Assembly (NCBI GenBank): GCA_033977065.1
Contig: JAXCHI010000002.1
Location: 224,001-288,000, forward strand
Source: Candidatus Algichlamydia australiensis
GTDB taxonomy: Bacteria; Chlamydiota; Chlamydiia; Chlamydiales; JAJFMI01
Direction of reading: 5' to 3'
DNA: 64,000 bases
Shown here in pieces: positions 51,769 to 61,849 of the stretch (positions are counted from its first letter, which is position 1; each line of letters opens with the position of its first letter). The notes beneath the pieces are model-generated. The model saw nothing but the letters and a program-made list of their open reading frames with translations. It was not told the DNA's origin and ran no database searches. A program made the translations under genes and the position numbers.

Positions 51769-53169
51769 TTGAAGGGGGAAGCTTTGGGCACAAGAAAAGA
51801 GAGAGATTCGTTAGGGGAGATTGAGGTTCCAGAAGAGAAGTTATGGGGAGCGCAGACCGAGCGTTCACTTGAAAACTTTAAAGTAGGAAATCATCAAATT
51901 CATACTGAAGTTATCCGCGCTTTTGGGTTTATCAAAAAAGCTGCAGCCATTGTCAATTGCGAATTGAAACTTATTTCTGAAGAGAAAAAAAAATCGATTC
52001 TTGGTGCTTGTGATGCTCTCCTAAAAGGGGAGCTTTATGAGCACTTTCCTCTGGTTGTTTGGCAGACCGGTTCCGGTACGCAGACCAACATGAATGTGAA
52101 CGAAGTCCTTAGCAACTATGCTATTGAAAAATTGGGAGGGAAGGTTGGTTCAAAAGATCCGATTCACCCCAATGATGATGTCAATAAATCCCAATCTTCT
52201 AACGATACGTTTCCTACTGCAATGCATATTGCAGCTCTACTTCAAATTAAAAATCATCTTATCCCTCGCTTAGAAGCCTTTCGCAATGAGTTAGAGAAAA
52301 AAGCAGAAGAATTTACTCTCATTGTAAAAATTGGTCGCACACATATGATGGATGCGACACCACTTACACTGGGACAAGAGTTTTCAGGATATGCTGCGCA
52401 AGTTGATCATGGCATTACGACAATCCAAAACGCTCTCTTTCATCTGCAGGAAATTGCTCTTGGGGGAACAGCTGTGGGAACTGGTATCAATTCGCATCCC
52501 GACTTTGCAGAAAAAGTTGCGGCAGAACTTACCAAACTTACAGGGTTAGATCTTGTTACTGCGCCCAATAAATTTGAAGCGCTAGCAGCTTCTGATGCGG
52601 TTGTGGAGATGAGTGGTGCGCTTAAGCGCGTTGCCTGCTCTCTACATAAAATTGCGAATGATATTCGCATGCTCTCATCAGGACCGCGCTGTGGCATTGG
52701 AGAAATTCTTCTTCCTGCAAATGAACCAGGCTCCTCCATCATGCCAGGCAAAGTGAACCCTACTCAGTGCGAATCGATGACGATGGTCATGGCACAAGTG
52801 ATCGGCAACGACGCCGCCATCGCATTTGCGGGCGCGCAAGGCCATTTTGAACTCAACGTCTATCGCCCGATGATGATTCACAATCTCTTGGAATCAATCG
52901 ACCTGATTGGAGATAGCGCAGAGAACTTTCTAGAAAAATGTCTTAAAGGCATTCAGGCAGATCCTAAACGCATTGACGAATTGCTTCATCGCTCACTTAT
53001 GCTTGTTACAGCACTTAGTCCCACAATTGGCTATGATAATGCGGCAAAAGCAGCTAAGCTTGCCCACGAAAAAAATCTTACTCTTAAAGAAGCAGTACTT
53101 GAACTCAAGCTGATGAGCGAAGAGGAGTTTGATAAAGCGATCGATCCTCGCAAAATGACCCATCCTTAA
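51769..53169 (+). CDS. fumC: Class II fumarate hydratase
   Basis: [34 protein letters not shown]. Start may be TTG 51784. Confidence 0.97.
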   Translation: MKGEALGTRKERDSLGEIEVPEEKLWGAQTERSLENFKVGNHQIHTEVIRAFGFIKKAAAIVNCELKLISEEKKKSILGACDALLKGELYEHFPLVVWQTGSGTQTNMNVNEVLSNYAIEKLGGKVGSKDPIHPNDDVNKSQSSNDTFPTAMHIAALLQIKNHLIPRLEAFRNELEKKAEEFTLIVKIGRTHMMDATPLTLGQEFSGYAAQVDHGITTIQNALFHLQEIALGGTAVGTGINSHPDFAEKVAAELTKLTGLDLVTAPNKFEALAASDAVVEMSGALKRVACSLHKIANDIRMLSSGPRCGIGEILLPANEPGSSIMPGKVNPTQCESMTMVMAQVIGNDAAIAFAGAQGHFELNVYRPMMIHNLLESIDLIGDSAENFLEKCLKGIQADPKRIDELLHRSLMLVTALSPTIGYDNAAKAAKLAHEKNLTLKEAVLELKLMSEEEFDKAIDPRKMTHP

Positions 53170-53702
53170 TTACTTTTGTTGAAGTGGATGCCAAGTTTTG
53201 TGAGAAGAAAGAGGCAGGTGATTTTGGGATAGAGTAGGATACCGCGCAAAAGTTGAAAGTAAGAGACAGAGCGAATCTCTCTTTGGATCAGAGGAAGGGA
53301 GGCTTTTGCTTCATGGATCCATTCAAGATGGGGAGGAGCCATCGGCTCAGGGAGTCCGGTGAGAGGAAAGAATTTTGCTCCGAGTGTTTCGTTTGTAGCG
53401 GTAAGGTTTTCTTTTTCTACACGACCTTCAAAAACGTGTGTGTTTTGTGCCAAGCGATTTTTGGGAGTGTATTCGCCCACTTTGCGAAGAATTTTTACAT
53501 CCACTCCAGTTTCCTCTATAGCTTCGCGAAGGGCAGCTTGCTCAGGCTCTTCTCCTGGATCAATGCCGCCACCTGGTGGAACATAGACGGGAATATCGCG
53601 GCGCCGTACAAGCAAAACTTGATCGCGCGCTTCATTGAAGAGGATTGCGATTGCCGCTTCCTTTTTCTTCTTTTTTGGAGTATCTTGATGGGGTGTTGCG
53701 AT
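53166..53702 (-). CDS. NUDIX hydrolase (start uncertain)
   Basis: [24 protein letters not shown]. In-frame [16 protein letters not shown] lies upstream of the first canonical start (53615). Confidence 0.75.
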   Translation of the reverse strand: MATPHQDTPKKKKKEAAIAILFNEARDQVLLVRRRDIPVYVPPGGGIDPGEEPEQAALREAIEETGVDVKILRKVGEYTPKNRLAQNTHVFEGRVEKENLTATNETLGAKFFPLTGLPEPMAPPHLEWIHEAKASLPLIQREIRSVSYFQLLRGILLYPKITCLFLLTKLGIHFNKSN

Positions 53703-54106
53703 ATCTTTTTCCTCTACTTTTTCTTGCCTCGTGCGCCCCGTATTCTGTCGGCGTGAAAAGGCTCTCCTATGGGCGCGGAAATCTCTCTAGCACATGGGTA
53801 GGCAGTCCTGACCCTGAGCAGGAAAATCCACCTAAAGGACAAAAATTGTTTATTACCTACCGTATTCCACCTAGTAGGGTACGCAATGCCCCTATGTTAT
53901 CACTCCATGTAATTTTTCGAAATTATACGGAAGAGGTAATCACTTTTCCCATTCATCAGCAATCAGGAAATTTTCTCTACGAATTGATGAATGAAAAGTT
54001 TCAAGAGAAAGGGGGATTTTTAACGTATAAGGCAGAACTTGTTAATAAAGAGGGGGAGGTACTAGCTGACTGGCGTCAACAGATGTGGGTGGAACTCATT
54101 CAATAG
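53693..54106 (+). CDS. CT303-like lipoprotein
   Basis: Lipobox LASC, STWVGSPDP, C-terminal WRQQMWVELI; synteny between atpK and valS. Confidence 0.7.
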   Translation: MLRYLFPLLFLASCAPYSVGVKRLSYGRGNLSSTWVGSPDPEQENPPKGQKLFITYRIPPSRVRNAPMLSLHVIFRNYTEEVITFPIHQQSGNFLYELMNEKFQEKGGFLTYKAELVNKEGEVLADWRQQMWVELIQ

Positions 54107-55048
54107 AAGTTTTTCTGTCGTTTCCCAGCCGATGCAGCTGTCGGTTAGGGAGAGTTTTTTTCCTTCATGCAGATGGCTCTCAAGCATGACTCCTAAAATT
54201 TGTCTATTACCGCCGCGTATCTGTTTCATGATGTTCGCAAAAACTTCCGGCTGTTTCGTGTGATCTTTTCCACTATTGCCATGAGAGCAATCGATTAGTA
54301 GGCGATTTTGGAGGTTGCGTTTTTGTAATAGAGAGTGCGCTTCTGCAATGGCATCCGCTTCAAAGTTAGGGCCATGACGAGAGCCGCGCATAATGAGATG
54401 GGTATCCGGATTTCCATGAGAACTTTGAGCGCTAAGCACGCCTTGCTCATCAATGCCAAAAAAGTGATGGGATGATCCTGCTGCTATCATCGCATTGAGC
54501 GCGCAGTCAAGAGAGCCCTCTGTTCCATGTTTGATTCCAACGGGGAGGGGAAGGTTTGATGCTAGTTGTCTGTGAATTTGTGAAGTGCAGCTGCGCGATC
54601 CGATCACGCCCCAGCTGATAAGATCGGAGAGGTAGGGAGCGATGTTGGGATCTAAAAATTCTGCTGCTAAAGGAAGACCAAGTTCACTTAATTGAAGAAG
54701 AAGGGCGCGTGTAGCAAGTAAACCTTTTTCTAGGTTGTGCGTGCCATCAAGATCGGGATCGTAGACAAGGCCCTTCCAACCAACTGTTGTGCGCGGTTTT
54801 TCAAAATAGGCGCGCATGACAATAAGAGCGCGATCTTGAATTTGATCGCTTAAGGTTTTTAATCTTCTCGCATATTCTAAAACCTCTTCAGTGTTGTGAA
54901 GAGAGCAGGGACCAACAATAATTGCAATGCGGTTAGACTTTCCGTGTACAAGGGAACGAATTTCGTTACGAAATTTTTGAATTTGTGCGGAGTGGCGGAG
55001 AGGGAAACGCCGAAAAAGTTCGCGAGGTGTCAACATATTTTTCATCAT
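54062..55048 (-). CDS. DAHP synthase, class I-alpha (AroF/G/H type)
   Basis: IVGPCSLH, MRAYFEKPRTTVGWKG, IDCSHGNS, VMLESHL, SLTDSCIGW. Confidence 0.92.
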   Translation of the reverse strand: MMKNMLTPRELFRRFPLRHSAQIQKFRNEIRSLVHGKSNRIAIIVGPCSLHNTEEVLEYARRLKTLSDQIQDRALIVMRAYFEKPRTTVGWKGLVYDPDLDGTHNLEKGLLATRALLLQLSELGLPLAAEFLDPNIAPYLSDLISWGVIGSRSCTSQIHRQLASNLPLPVGIKHGTEGSLDCALNAMIAAGSSHHFFGIDEQGVLSAQSSHGNPDTHLIMRGSRHGPNFEADAIAEAHSLLQKRNLQNRLLIDCSHGNSGKDHTKQPEVFANIMKQIRGGNRQILGVMLESHLHEGKKLSLTDSCIGWETTEKLLLNEFHPHLLTPVS

Positions 55049-55104
55049 AGATAACAGAAAAAGCTGTTGTTGACAAATCATTTTCTTCATATAATCGGGA
55101 GAAT

Positions 55105-56460
55105 ATGTCGTCACTTATGACTTGGGTCCAAACAATTAATGAATGGATCTGGGGGCCTCCTCTTGTTATTCTACTTTTTGCAGTTGGTTGTTTGCTTACC
55201 TACCGTACTCGTGGTGTGCAATTTCGTTATCTCTACTATGCGCACAAACTCGCTTTTACAAGACATGATGACAGCGCGCAAGGGGATATTAGCCACTTTC
55301 AAGCCTTGATGACCGCTTTAGCGGGCACAATTGGTATTGGCAGCATTGCTGGTGTCGCAACTGGGATTGTAATCGGTGGTTATGGCGCGCTTTTTTGGAT
55401 GTGGGTTGTGGGTCTGATCGGAATGGCAACAAAGTTTTCAGAAGCCCTATTAGCGATTAAATATCGCGTCGTCGATGAAGCAGGAGAGATGTGCGGCGGT
55501 CCAATGGAGTATTTGGAGAGGGGAGCCAAAAAGAGAGTTTTAGCGATCCTTTTCTCTTTCTTTGCTGCTGTAGCTGCGCTTGGTACGGGAAACATGATCC
55601 AAGCCAATTCTGTAGCACTTGCGATTCAAGAAATTGCTGGGGTGAATCCCATTTGGATCGGCCTTGTTCTCACGATATTTGTTGGCGCCGCACTTTTTGG
55701 AGGAATTAAAAGTATCGGAAGAGTGGCTTCTATTCTTGTGCCCTCAATGGCAATTCTCTATATTTTAGGGGGGATTGTTCTGCTCGCAATGAACGCCTCC
55801 GCAATCCCTCACGCCTTTTATTTAATTTTTAAATACGCTTTCACACCGCAAGCAGCAACTGGCGGTTTTGCAGGAGCCTCCGTACTTCTAGCCATTCAAA
55901 TGGGAGCGTCGCGCAGCATTTTCTCTAGTGAGTCGGGTCTTGGAACTTCGCCCATTGCTGCTGCAGCAGCGAAAACAGACACACCAGGACGACAAGCTCT
56001 TATTTCCATGTCTAGCGCTTTCATTACCATCATCATTGTCTGCACAATTACAGGCCTTGCTATTGGTGTTAGCGGGGTTTTAGGCCACATGGGTGCTGAT
56101 GGAAAACCACTAGATGGAGCGGCACTGGCGCTACGAGCGTTTGACACACTCTTTCCCGGTGGAGGAATTTTTGTCACCATAGCTCTTGTCGCCTTTGCTT
56201 ACTCTACAATTCTTGCTTGGGCGTATTATGGTGAGAAATGCATAGAATATCTTTTTGGAATTCGGGCCATTAAACCCTTTCGAATTATTTACACCCTAGT
56301 TGTATTCCCTGGGGCGCTCCTCAGCTTGCGTCTTATCTGGGGTATGGCCAATATTATGAATGGCTTGATGATCCTTCCTAATTTGATAGGTCTTCTCCTG
56401 CTTTCAAAAATTGTTTCTCTGGAAACAAAATCTTTTGATCTTCTTCATAAAAAGGAGTAG
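55105..56460 (+). CDS. Alanine/glycine:cation symporter (AGCS, DagA-like)
   Basis: GALFWMW, EALLAIKYR, GGPMEY, FSSESGLGTSPIA, YYGEKC. Confidence 0.93.
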   Translation: MSSLMTWVQTINEWIWGPPLVILLFAVGCLLTYRTRGVQFRYLYYAHKLAFTRHDDSAQGDISHFQALMTALAGTIGIGSIAGVATGIVIGGYGALFWMWVVGLIGMATKFSEALLAIKYRVVDEAGEMCGGPMEYLERGAKKRVLAILFSFFAAVAALGTGNMIQANSVALAIQEIAGVNPIWIGLVLTIFVGAALFGGIKSIGRVASILVPSMAILYILGGIVLLAMNASAIPHAFYLIFKYAFTPQAATGGFAGASVLLAIQMGASRSIFSSESGLGTSPIAAAAAKTDTPGRQALISMSSAFITIIIVCTITGLAIGVSGVLGHMGADGKPLDGAALALRAFDTLFPGGGIFVTIALVAFAYSTILAWAYYGEKCIEYLFGIRAIKPFRIIYTLVVFPGALLSLRLIWGMANIMNGLMILPNLIGLLLLSKIVSLETKSFDLLHKKE

Positions 56461-56480
56461 TGGTACAATGCTTCATAAGT

Positions 56481-57743
56481 ATGAAACATTTTATCCTATT
56501 TTTTTCCTTTTTTCTTGTAACCAATCTCTTTTCAAAAGAGTGGTATGAAGAAGATGATGAGCTAGAGTTTTCTGTTGAAGAGGTTGATTATAAAAAACCT
56601 TTTCAAGCGATCGTTGTAGATCCAAACTTCTCCCCATTCGCTGGTGGGTATGATATTTTGTTTTTTCACCATCTTCTCACAAAAGGGGAGGACTATCTCT
56701 TGCGCAATAAAAACAAGGATCGCCCTGGAGCTGCTTGGTACCGTTTTTTTGAAATTTTTCTCTTTTGGGATCTTCTTGATAACATGCTCAGTGTTACGCA
56801 GCACGAAGTTTTTGGGCACGGGTATCGTCTGCGTGATGAAGGAGAAAATGTCCAAGGTTATATGGTTTCACCCTGGGCAGGATGGACGAGGTTTGATCCC
56901 AATGAGTCTACCTTTAAAACTGGCGAACTTATGGCAGTCAACATCGCCGGTCTAGAGGCAGAATTTATTTTAGCGCGTCTTGCTAAAATGAATTGGATCC
57001 GTAGCGGAAGAATTGATGGACGTCTCAGTGCTCTCTACAATCAAGCGCAACAATCCCTCTTCTGGTATACGATCATCACGCACATGGGTGAGCTTAAAGG
57101 TGATGCAGTCAGTGGTAACGACGTAGAGGCCTATCTCAATCTCCTCAACCTCTCTTATCCAAATGATCAAATCAATATTGGGACTCTCACAACATGGGCT
57201 GCCTTCAACTGGCTTGATCCGATGACTTTTTACTCCTATTTCTCAATGTTTTACTACATCGCTACAGGCAAGCCGTGGGAGTTTCCCATGATCCCCATCA
57301 AGGAAAATATTCGTTACCTGCCCAATGCGCGCATTGGCTACGCCCCATATGGCCCTGAAGCCTACTTTGAAAACTTCTTTTCAATCGATGGCAACCCGCT
57401 CTATGTCTACTTCAAAGGGGGCAAGCGCAGTGCTGGTGCGGGCTTCTCCTATAACTACTTTTTAGAAAACGAAAGAGTGACCCTTGGTGCAAACCTTGAT
57501 GTTTGGAATCAGGGCAAGTTCATCACAGATGCTACTGTAGAAGATATTATTGAGAAGCGACCAATCTTCCGCCCGGAACTTCTAGAAAAACAGTGGGGGG
57601 TAGCGGCATCCCTCACATCGACCGTCAAAATCAAGTCTTACATGGGGCTTTTTGTCGAGCTGGGCGGGAAAACACAAGGGTATCTTCCTGGCTATTCCCT
57701 CGATAAAGGGGTTGTCGCACGTGTAGGTTTAGTTTTCCAATGA
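56481..57743 (+). CDS. Exported hypothetical protein with HExxGH motif and probable C-terminal beta-barrel
   Basis: Signal peptide, QHEVFGHG, IAGLEAE, alternating strands ending VARVGLVFQ. Confidence 0.6.
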   Translation: MKHFILFFSFFLVTNLFSKEWYEEDDELEFSVEEVDYKKPFQAIVVDPNFSPFAGGYDILFFHHLLTKGEDYLLRNKNKDRPGAAWYRFFEIFLFWDLLDNMLSVTQHEVFGHGYRLRDEGENVQGYMVSPWAGWTRFDPNESTFKTGELMAVNIAGLEAEFILARLAKMNWIRSGRIDGRLSALYNQAQQSLFWYTIITHMGELKGDAVSGNDVEAYLNLLNLSYPNDQINIGTLTTWAAFNWLDPMTFYSYFSMFYYIATGKPWEFPMIPIKENIRYLPNARIGYAPYGPEAYFENFFSIDGNPLYVYFKGGKRSAGAGFSYNYFLENERVTLGANLDVWNQGKFITDATVEDIIEKRPIFRPELLEKQWGVAASLTSTVKIKSYMGLFVELGGKTQGYLPGYSLDKGVVARVGLVFQ

Positions 57744-58417
57744 AAAAAATCATCTCCACGCTCCTTATTCCATTAATCATGGCAAGCTGTGCCACTTACC
57801 GCGCAGCGCCTCTTGAAGATCTTCCTAAAGACTCTCTGCAAAAAGTAAGAGGGACAGGCGGACTTTTAATTGGAGTTAAGAAATTTGAATCATTAGATAA
57901 TGAAAAATATCTGGGAAGAGATCTAGCTCATTCTTTTGTTGAAGTGCTACAATTCACTTATGATAACCCGACTTCAAACACTTTTGAAGTAACAGAAGAG
58001 AGTCTCTCTTTGCCTACTCTCTCGCCTACTCGCGTAGCAAGAAGTAAACGTTATCTTCCTACTCCTAGGTTTGTGGGATACACACTTGGGATTCCTCTTG
58101 CCGGCATAGCTTTTGCTATTTCATTAGATCCTTTAGGAGATTCAGGAATTGAAAATATCCAAGGTGCTCTGGCTATTGGGAGTATTATTGTTGGACCCCT
58201 TATAGGGATTACGGCTGGGTTTTCGGCCATCTCTGCAAACGCTAAGAGGAAAAAAGATTATATAAATAAAGCTGGGTATCCTTTCACAATTTTACCAGGA
58301 ACAAAAACAAGTCACCTTTTCTTTCTTCTTAAAAAAAATTATACTGTCCCTTTTTCACTTACTGTTACGGAAAAGACAACAGAGCAAAAACACACTATTT
58401 CATTTTCAAACTCGTAA
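57740..58417 (+). CDS. Lipoprotein (paralog of the next gene)
   Basis: Lipobox MASC-ATYRA; internal hydrophobic hairpin. Confidence 0.7.
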   Translation: MKKIISTLLIPLIMASCATYRAAPLEDLPKDSLQKVRGTGGLLIGVKKFESLDNEKYLGRDLAHSFVEVLQFTYDNPTSNTFEVTEESLSLPTLSPTRVARSKRYLPTPRFVGYTLGIPLAGIAFAISLDPLGDSGIENIQGALAIGSIIVGPLIGITAGFSAISANAKRKKDYINKAGYPFTILPGTKTSHLFFLLKKNYTVPFSLTVTEKTTEQKHTISFSNS

Positions 58418-58427
58418 AACTTCTCTC

Positions 58428-58455
58428 TTGACAAATCCTTTTTAATCGCTAGAAT
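58428..58455 (+). promoter_or_regulatory. Sigma66-type promoter
   Basis: TTGACA-16 nt-TAGAAT. Confidence 0.6.
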
Positions 58456-58492
58456 ACAACTCTTTGATACTAATAACCTACGAGGTACCTAA

Positions 58493-59101
58493 GTGAGATT
58501 TGTAAAGAGAATAGATGTGATTGTATTATGTGTCGGAACTTTGTTAACAAGCTGCGCTTCTTATCGAGCTACAGACTTAAGTGCACTTGATCCAGCGTAT
58601 GTAAATAAGTTGGAAGATACTGAAGGTCTAACGGTAGGCTGTAAAGAATTTTCAAGAAGAGATTGTGAGACTTATTTGGATCGCGATGTACGGCGTAAGG
58701 GCTACCACGCTGTGCAAATTACGTTTCAAAACTCGTCTGAAAAGAGTTATAAATTTTCTACAAATGACATTAGTTTACCTTGTGCAAGCTCTGAGGATGT
58801 GGCTGCGATGGTGCATACTTCAACTTTTGGCCGCGTGATGGGCTATGGGCTAGGATCGCTGGTTTTTGCTCCATTGCTAATTCCTGCAATTGTTGATGGC
58901 ATTAAGTCTTCTGCTGCAAATGCTGCTTTAGACATGGACTTTGCTAGGAAGTCTAATGGATCGTTTACGATTGATCCCTACTCATTTAAAAAGACGGTTG
59001 TCTTCATTCCTCATGAAGACTTTGCATCGAGTTTTGATGTGACTTTGACTGACCAAGCTACAGGTGAGCTAAAGAAAGTCCGATTACGTGCTGCGAGATA
59101 A
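58493..59101 (+). CDS. Lipoprotein (paralog of the previous gene)
   Basis: Lipobox LTSC-ASYRA; shared YLxRD and SLP motifs. Confidence 0.72.
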   Translation: MRFVKRIDVIVLCVGTLLTSCASYRATDLSALDPAYVNKLEDTEGLTVGCKEFSRRDCETYLDRDVRRKGYHAVQITFQNSSEKSYKFSTNDISLPCASSEDVAAMVHTSTFGRVMGYGLGSLVFAPLLIPAIVDGIKSSAANAALDMDFARKSNGSFTIDPYSFKKTVVFIPHEDFASSFDVTLTDQATGELKKVRLRAAR

Positions 59102-61849
59102 AATCAATTCTAGTTGTTTTTGGGCCGACGCTAAGTCGGCCTTTGTTTTTTCTACCAAGGCTTTGGGCGCGCGCGCTACAAAGCTCTCATTTTTCAGTTG
59201 CCCTTCCAATTTTGCGATCTGAATTTTAAGCTTTTCTTGCTCTTTCTCCAGGCGCTTTTTCTCTTTTTCAATTAGTTCTTGGGGAAGGGGGATTGTGATA
59301 TGTAACTCTTTAACTTGAGCGTTTGCTGAGAAATCAAGCTTATTTGGTTTAGCTAGGTGCAGTTTACTAATGCGAATAAGAGAAGAGAGAATGGTTTCAT
59401 GTGGGAAGTGCGCATCTCCTTCGATATAAACTTCTGTTGCTATGTTAGGAGCAAGACCCATTTCGGCGCGAATGTTGCGAATGGCGTGGAGGATTTCTTG
59501 CACTTTTTCAAATTCTGCCTCGGCTATATCGCAGATCTCATTTTCCTGCACTTCATGGGGATAAGGAGCAAGGCAGGCAACAGGAGAGGAGAGTGCTTGT
59601 AGGGCAAATTGTGTGTAGGGATCTTTTGGGTTCCCAGTTGGTTTTGGCAGGAGGGAAAAGATCTCTTCTGTGATGTGCGGTACCATGGGGTGAAGAAGGA
59701 GGATAGAGTGAAGAAGGATGAGGGTCAAAAGTTTTTTCTTATTAGCTTGTTCTGCCTCTGTACCCACCTTTCCGTAAAGGTAGGGTTTGCTCATCTCTAC
59801 GTAGTAGGCGCAGAACTCATCCCAGAAAAAATGGTAGGTCTCCATTGCGGCTGAGGAAAACTCATACTTTTTGATCTGTTTCTCTGTAGAGCCAATAATG
59901 CGATTGAGTCGCGAGAGAATCCAGCGATCTTCAAGACGAAGTGCGTTAAGATCAAGGCCTTCAGCGAGGTTGTCGGGTGTGTGCGTAAGAACAAAACGCG
60001 ATGCGTTCCAGACTTTATTGGCAAAGTTTTTAAACTCTTCAAATTTACGGCGGTCAAGGTCAATTTGTCGCGAGTGAGTGACAGAAGAGGCGAGTGCCAT
60101 GCGCATCGCATCAGCGCCATAGAGGTCAATGATCTCAATAGGATCAATCACGTTGCCCTTGGACTTGCTCATCTTCTCCCATTTGGAGAGGACATCTTTG
60201 GGGAGCGGTTTTCCCAAATCATAGTCGATACGCTCTTGTGGTGAGGCGTAAGCGATACTACCATCTTCTTTTTTTCGCCAATAAGATTTGCCGTAGATCA
60301 GACCGTGGATAAAGGTTTCAGGAAAAGGAACCTCTCCCATGGTGTATTCGCCCATTAAAATCATGCGTGCTACCCAGAAAAAGAGAATGTCATGGCCTGT
60401 AATGAGCGTAGCATTGGGATAGAATTTTTCTAGGTCGAGCGTCTTTTCTGGCCATCCAAGCGAGCTAAAGGGCCAGAGAGCAGAAGAGAACCAGGTATCA
60501 AGGACATCTTCATCTTGCACCCACTTATCAGGCTCTTGCTGAACTTCTGGAGGCAGACCCTCACCTGCAAAACAGATTTTTCTTTCATGATCGTCGATAT
60601 GGTACCAGATGGGAATACGGTGCCCCCACCAAAGTTGGCGTGAGATGCACCAATCACGCAGGTTGTCAATCCAGTGAAAATAGGTCTTTTCCCAGTCGGG
60701 AAGCAGTTTAATGCGCTTTTCTTGAACGGCTTTTTTCAATTTTTCTTTAAAGCCGCTCATTTTGACAAACCACTGTTTGGAAAGGAAGGGTTGAATTTCA
60801 GCTTTTGAACGATAAGAGTGGCCTACGCGATGAGTGTGCGGTTCAATTTTTTCAAGTAGTCCTAAGTTTTTCATTTCCGCGACTATTTTGTCGCGTGCCT
60901 CGTTCATAGACAGACCCGCTGCAAAAAAGCCTTCTACGATATGGCCATCTGGTGTCATGATATTGATCATGGGCAGCTCGTGGCGCAGGCCAATTTCAAA
61001 ATCGTTGGGATCGTGTGCGGGTGTGATCTTTACAGCACCGGAGCCAAATTCGGGATCGACATAGTGGTCAGCAATAATCGGAATCAGGCGGTCTGTAATC
61101 GGCAGACGAATTTGTTTGCCAATGAGGTTTTTATAGCGCGGATCTTTTGCGGAGACGGCAACTGCGGTATCACCGAGCATAGTTTCAGGACGTGTGGTGG
61201 CAATGATAAGGTGCTCAAGAGTTCCTTCAACAGGGTACTTGAAATACCAGAGGTGCGAATCCTTCTCTTCAAAATCGACTTCATCATCGGCGAGAGCTGT
61301 CTGCGTTACAGGATCCCAATTGACTAAGTAGTCGCCTTGATAGATGAGTCCCTCATCATACATCTTCTTGAAAATCGTGCGTACGGCTAAATTGGATTTC
61401 TCATCCATAGTGAAGCGCAGGCGTGAAAAGTCGAGTGAGCAGCCAACACGCTCCATTTGGTGTAGAATGCGCTCTTCACTCTGCTCTTTCCAGGCCCAGA
61501 CATGCTTTAAAAATTCTTCGCGCGAATACTCTTTGCGGCGTTTACCCTCTTTTTCAATGAGATGGCGTTCAACAACAGTCTGAGTAGCGATTCCAGCATG
61601 GTCAGTTCCAGGAACCCAAAGCACTTCATAGCCTCTCATGCGATGGTAGCGAATCAAGATATCTTGAAGAGTGTCTACTAAGGCGTGCCCCATGTGAAGG
61701 ACGCCCGTTACGTTGGGAGGGGGGAGAACAATCGAATAGGATGGTTTTTTTGAATGATGATCAGCTTTAAAGTAATTTTTAGTCTTCCAGCACTTTTGCC
61801 ACTTCTCTTCAGACTCTTTCGGATTGTAGGTTTTTGGTAGCTCGCTCAC
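59084..61849 (-). CDS. valS: Valine--tRNA ligase
   Basis: PPPNVTGVLHMGH, DWCISRQLWWGHRIP, KMSKS, C-terminal coiled coil. Confidence 0.98.
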   Translation of the reverse strand: MSELPKTYNPKESEEKWQKCWKTKNYFKADHHSKKPSYSIVLPPPNVTGVLHMGHALVDTLQDILIRYHRMRGYEVLWVPGTDHAGIATQTVVERHLIEKEGKRRKEYSREEFLKHVWAWKEQSEERILHQMERVGCSLDFSRLRFTMDEKSNLAVRTIFKKMYDEGLIYQGDYLVNWDPVTQTALADDEVDFEEKDSHLWYFKYPVEGTLEHLIIATTRPETMLGDTAVAVSAKDPRYKNLIGKQIRLPITDRLIPIIADHYVDPEFGSGAVKITPAHDPNDFEIGLRHELPMINIMTPDGHIVEGFFAAGLSMNEARDKIVAEMKNLGLLEKIEPHTHRVGHSYRSKAEIQPFLSKQWFVKMSGFKEKLKKAVQEKRIKLLPDWEKTYFHWIDNLRDWCISRQLWWGHRIPIWYHIDDHERKICFAGEGLPPEVQQEPDKWVQDEDVLDTWFSSALWPFSSLGWPEKTLDLEKFYPNATLITGHDILFFWVARMILMGEYTMGEVPFPETFIHGLIYGKSYWRKKEDGSIAYASPQERIDYDLGKPLPKDVLSKWEKMSKSKGNVIDPIEIIDLYGADAMRMALASSVTHSRQIDLDRRKFEEFKNFANKVWNASRFVLTHTPDNLAEGLDLNALRLEDRWILSRLNRIIGSTEKQIKKYEFSSAAMETYHFFWDEFCAYYVEMSKPYLYGKVGTEAEQANKKKLLTLILLHSILLLHPMVPHITEEIFSLLPKPTGNPKDPYTQFALQALSSPVACLAPYPHEVQENEICDIAEAEFEKVQEILHAIRNIRAEMGLAPNIATEVYIEGDAHFPHETILSSLIRISKLHLAKPNKLDFSANAQVKELHITIPLPQELIEKEKKRLEKEQEKLKIQIAKLEGQLKNESFVARAPKALVEKTKADLASAQKQLELILSRST

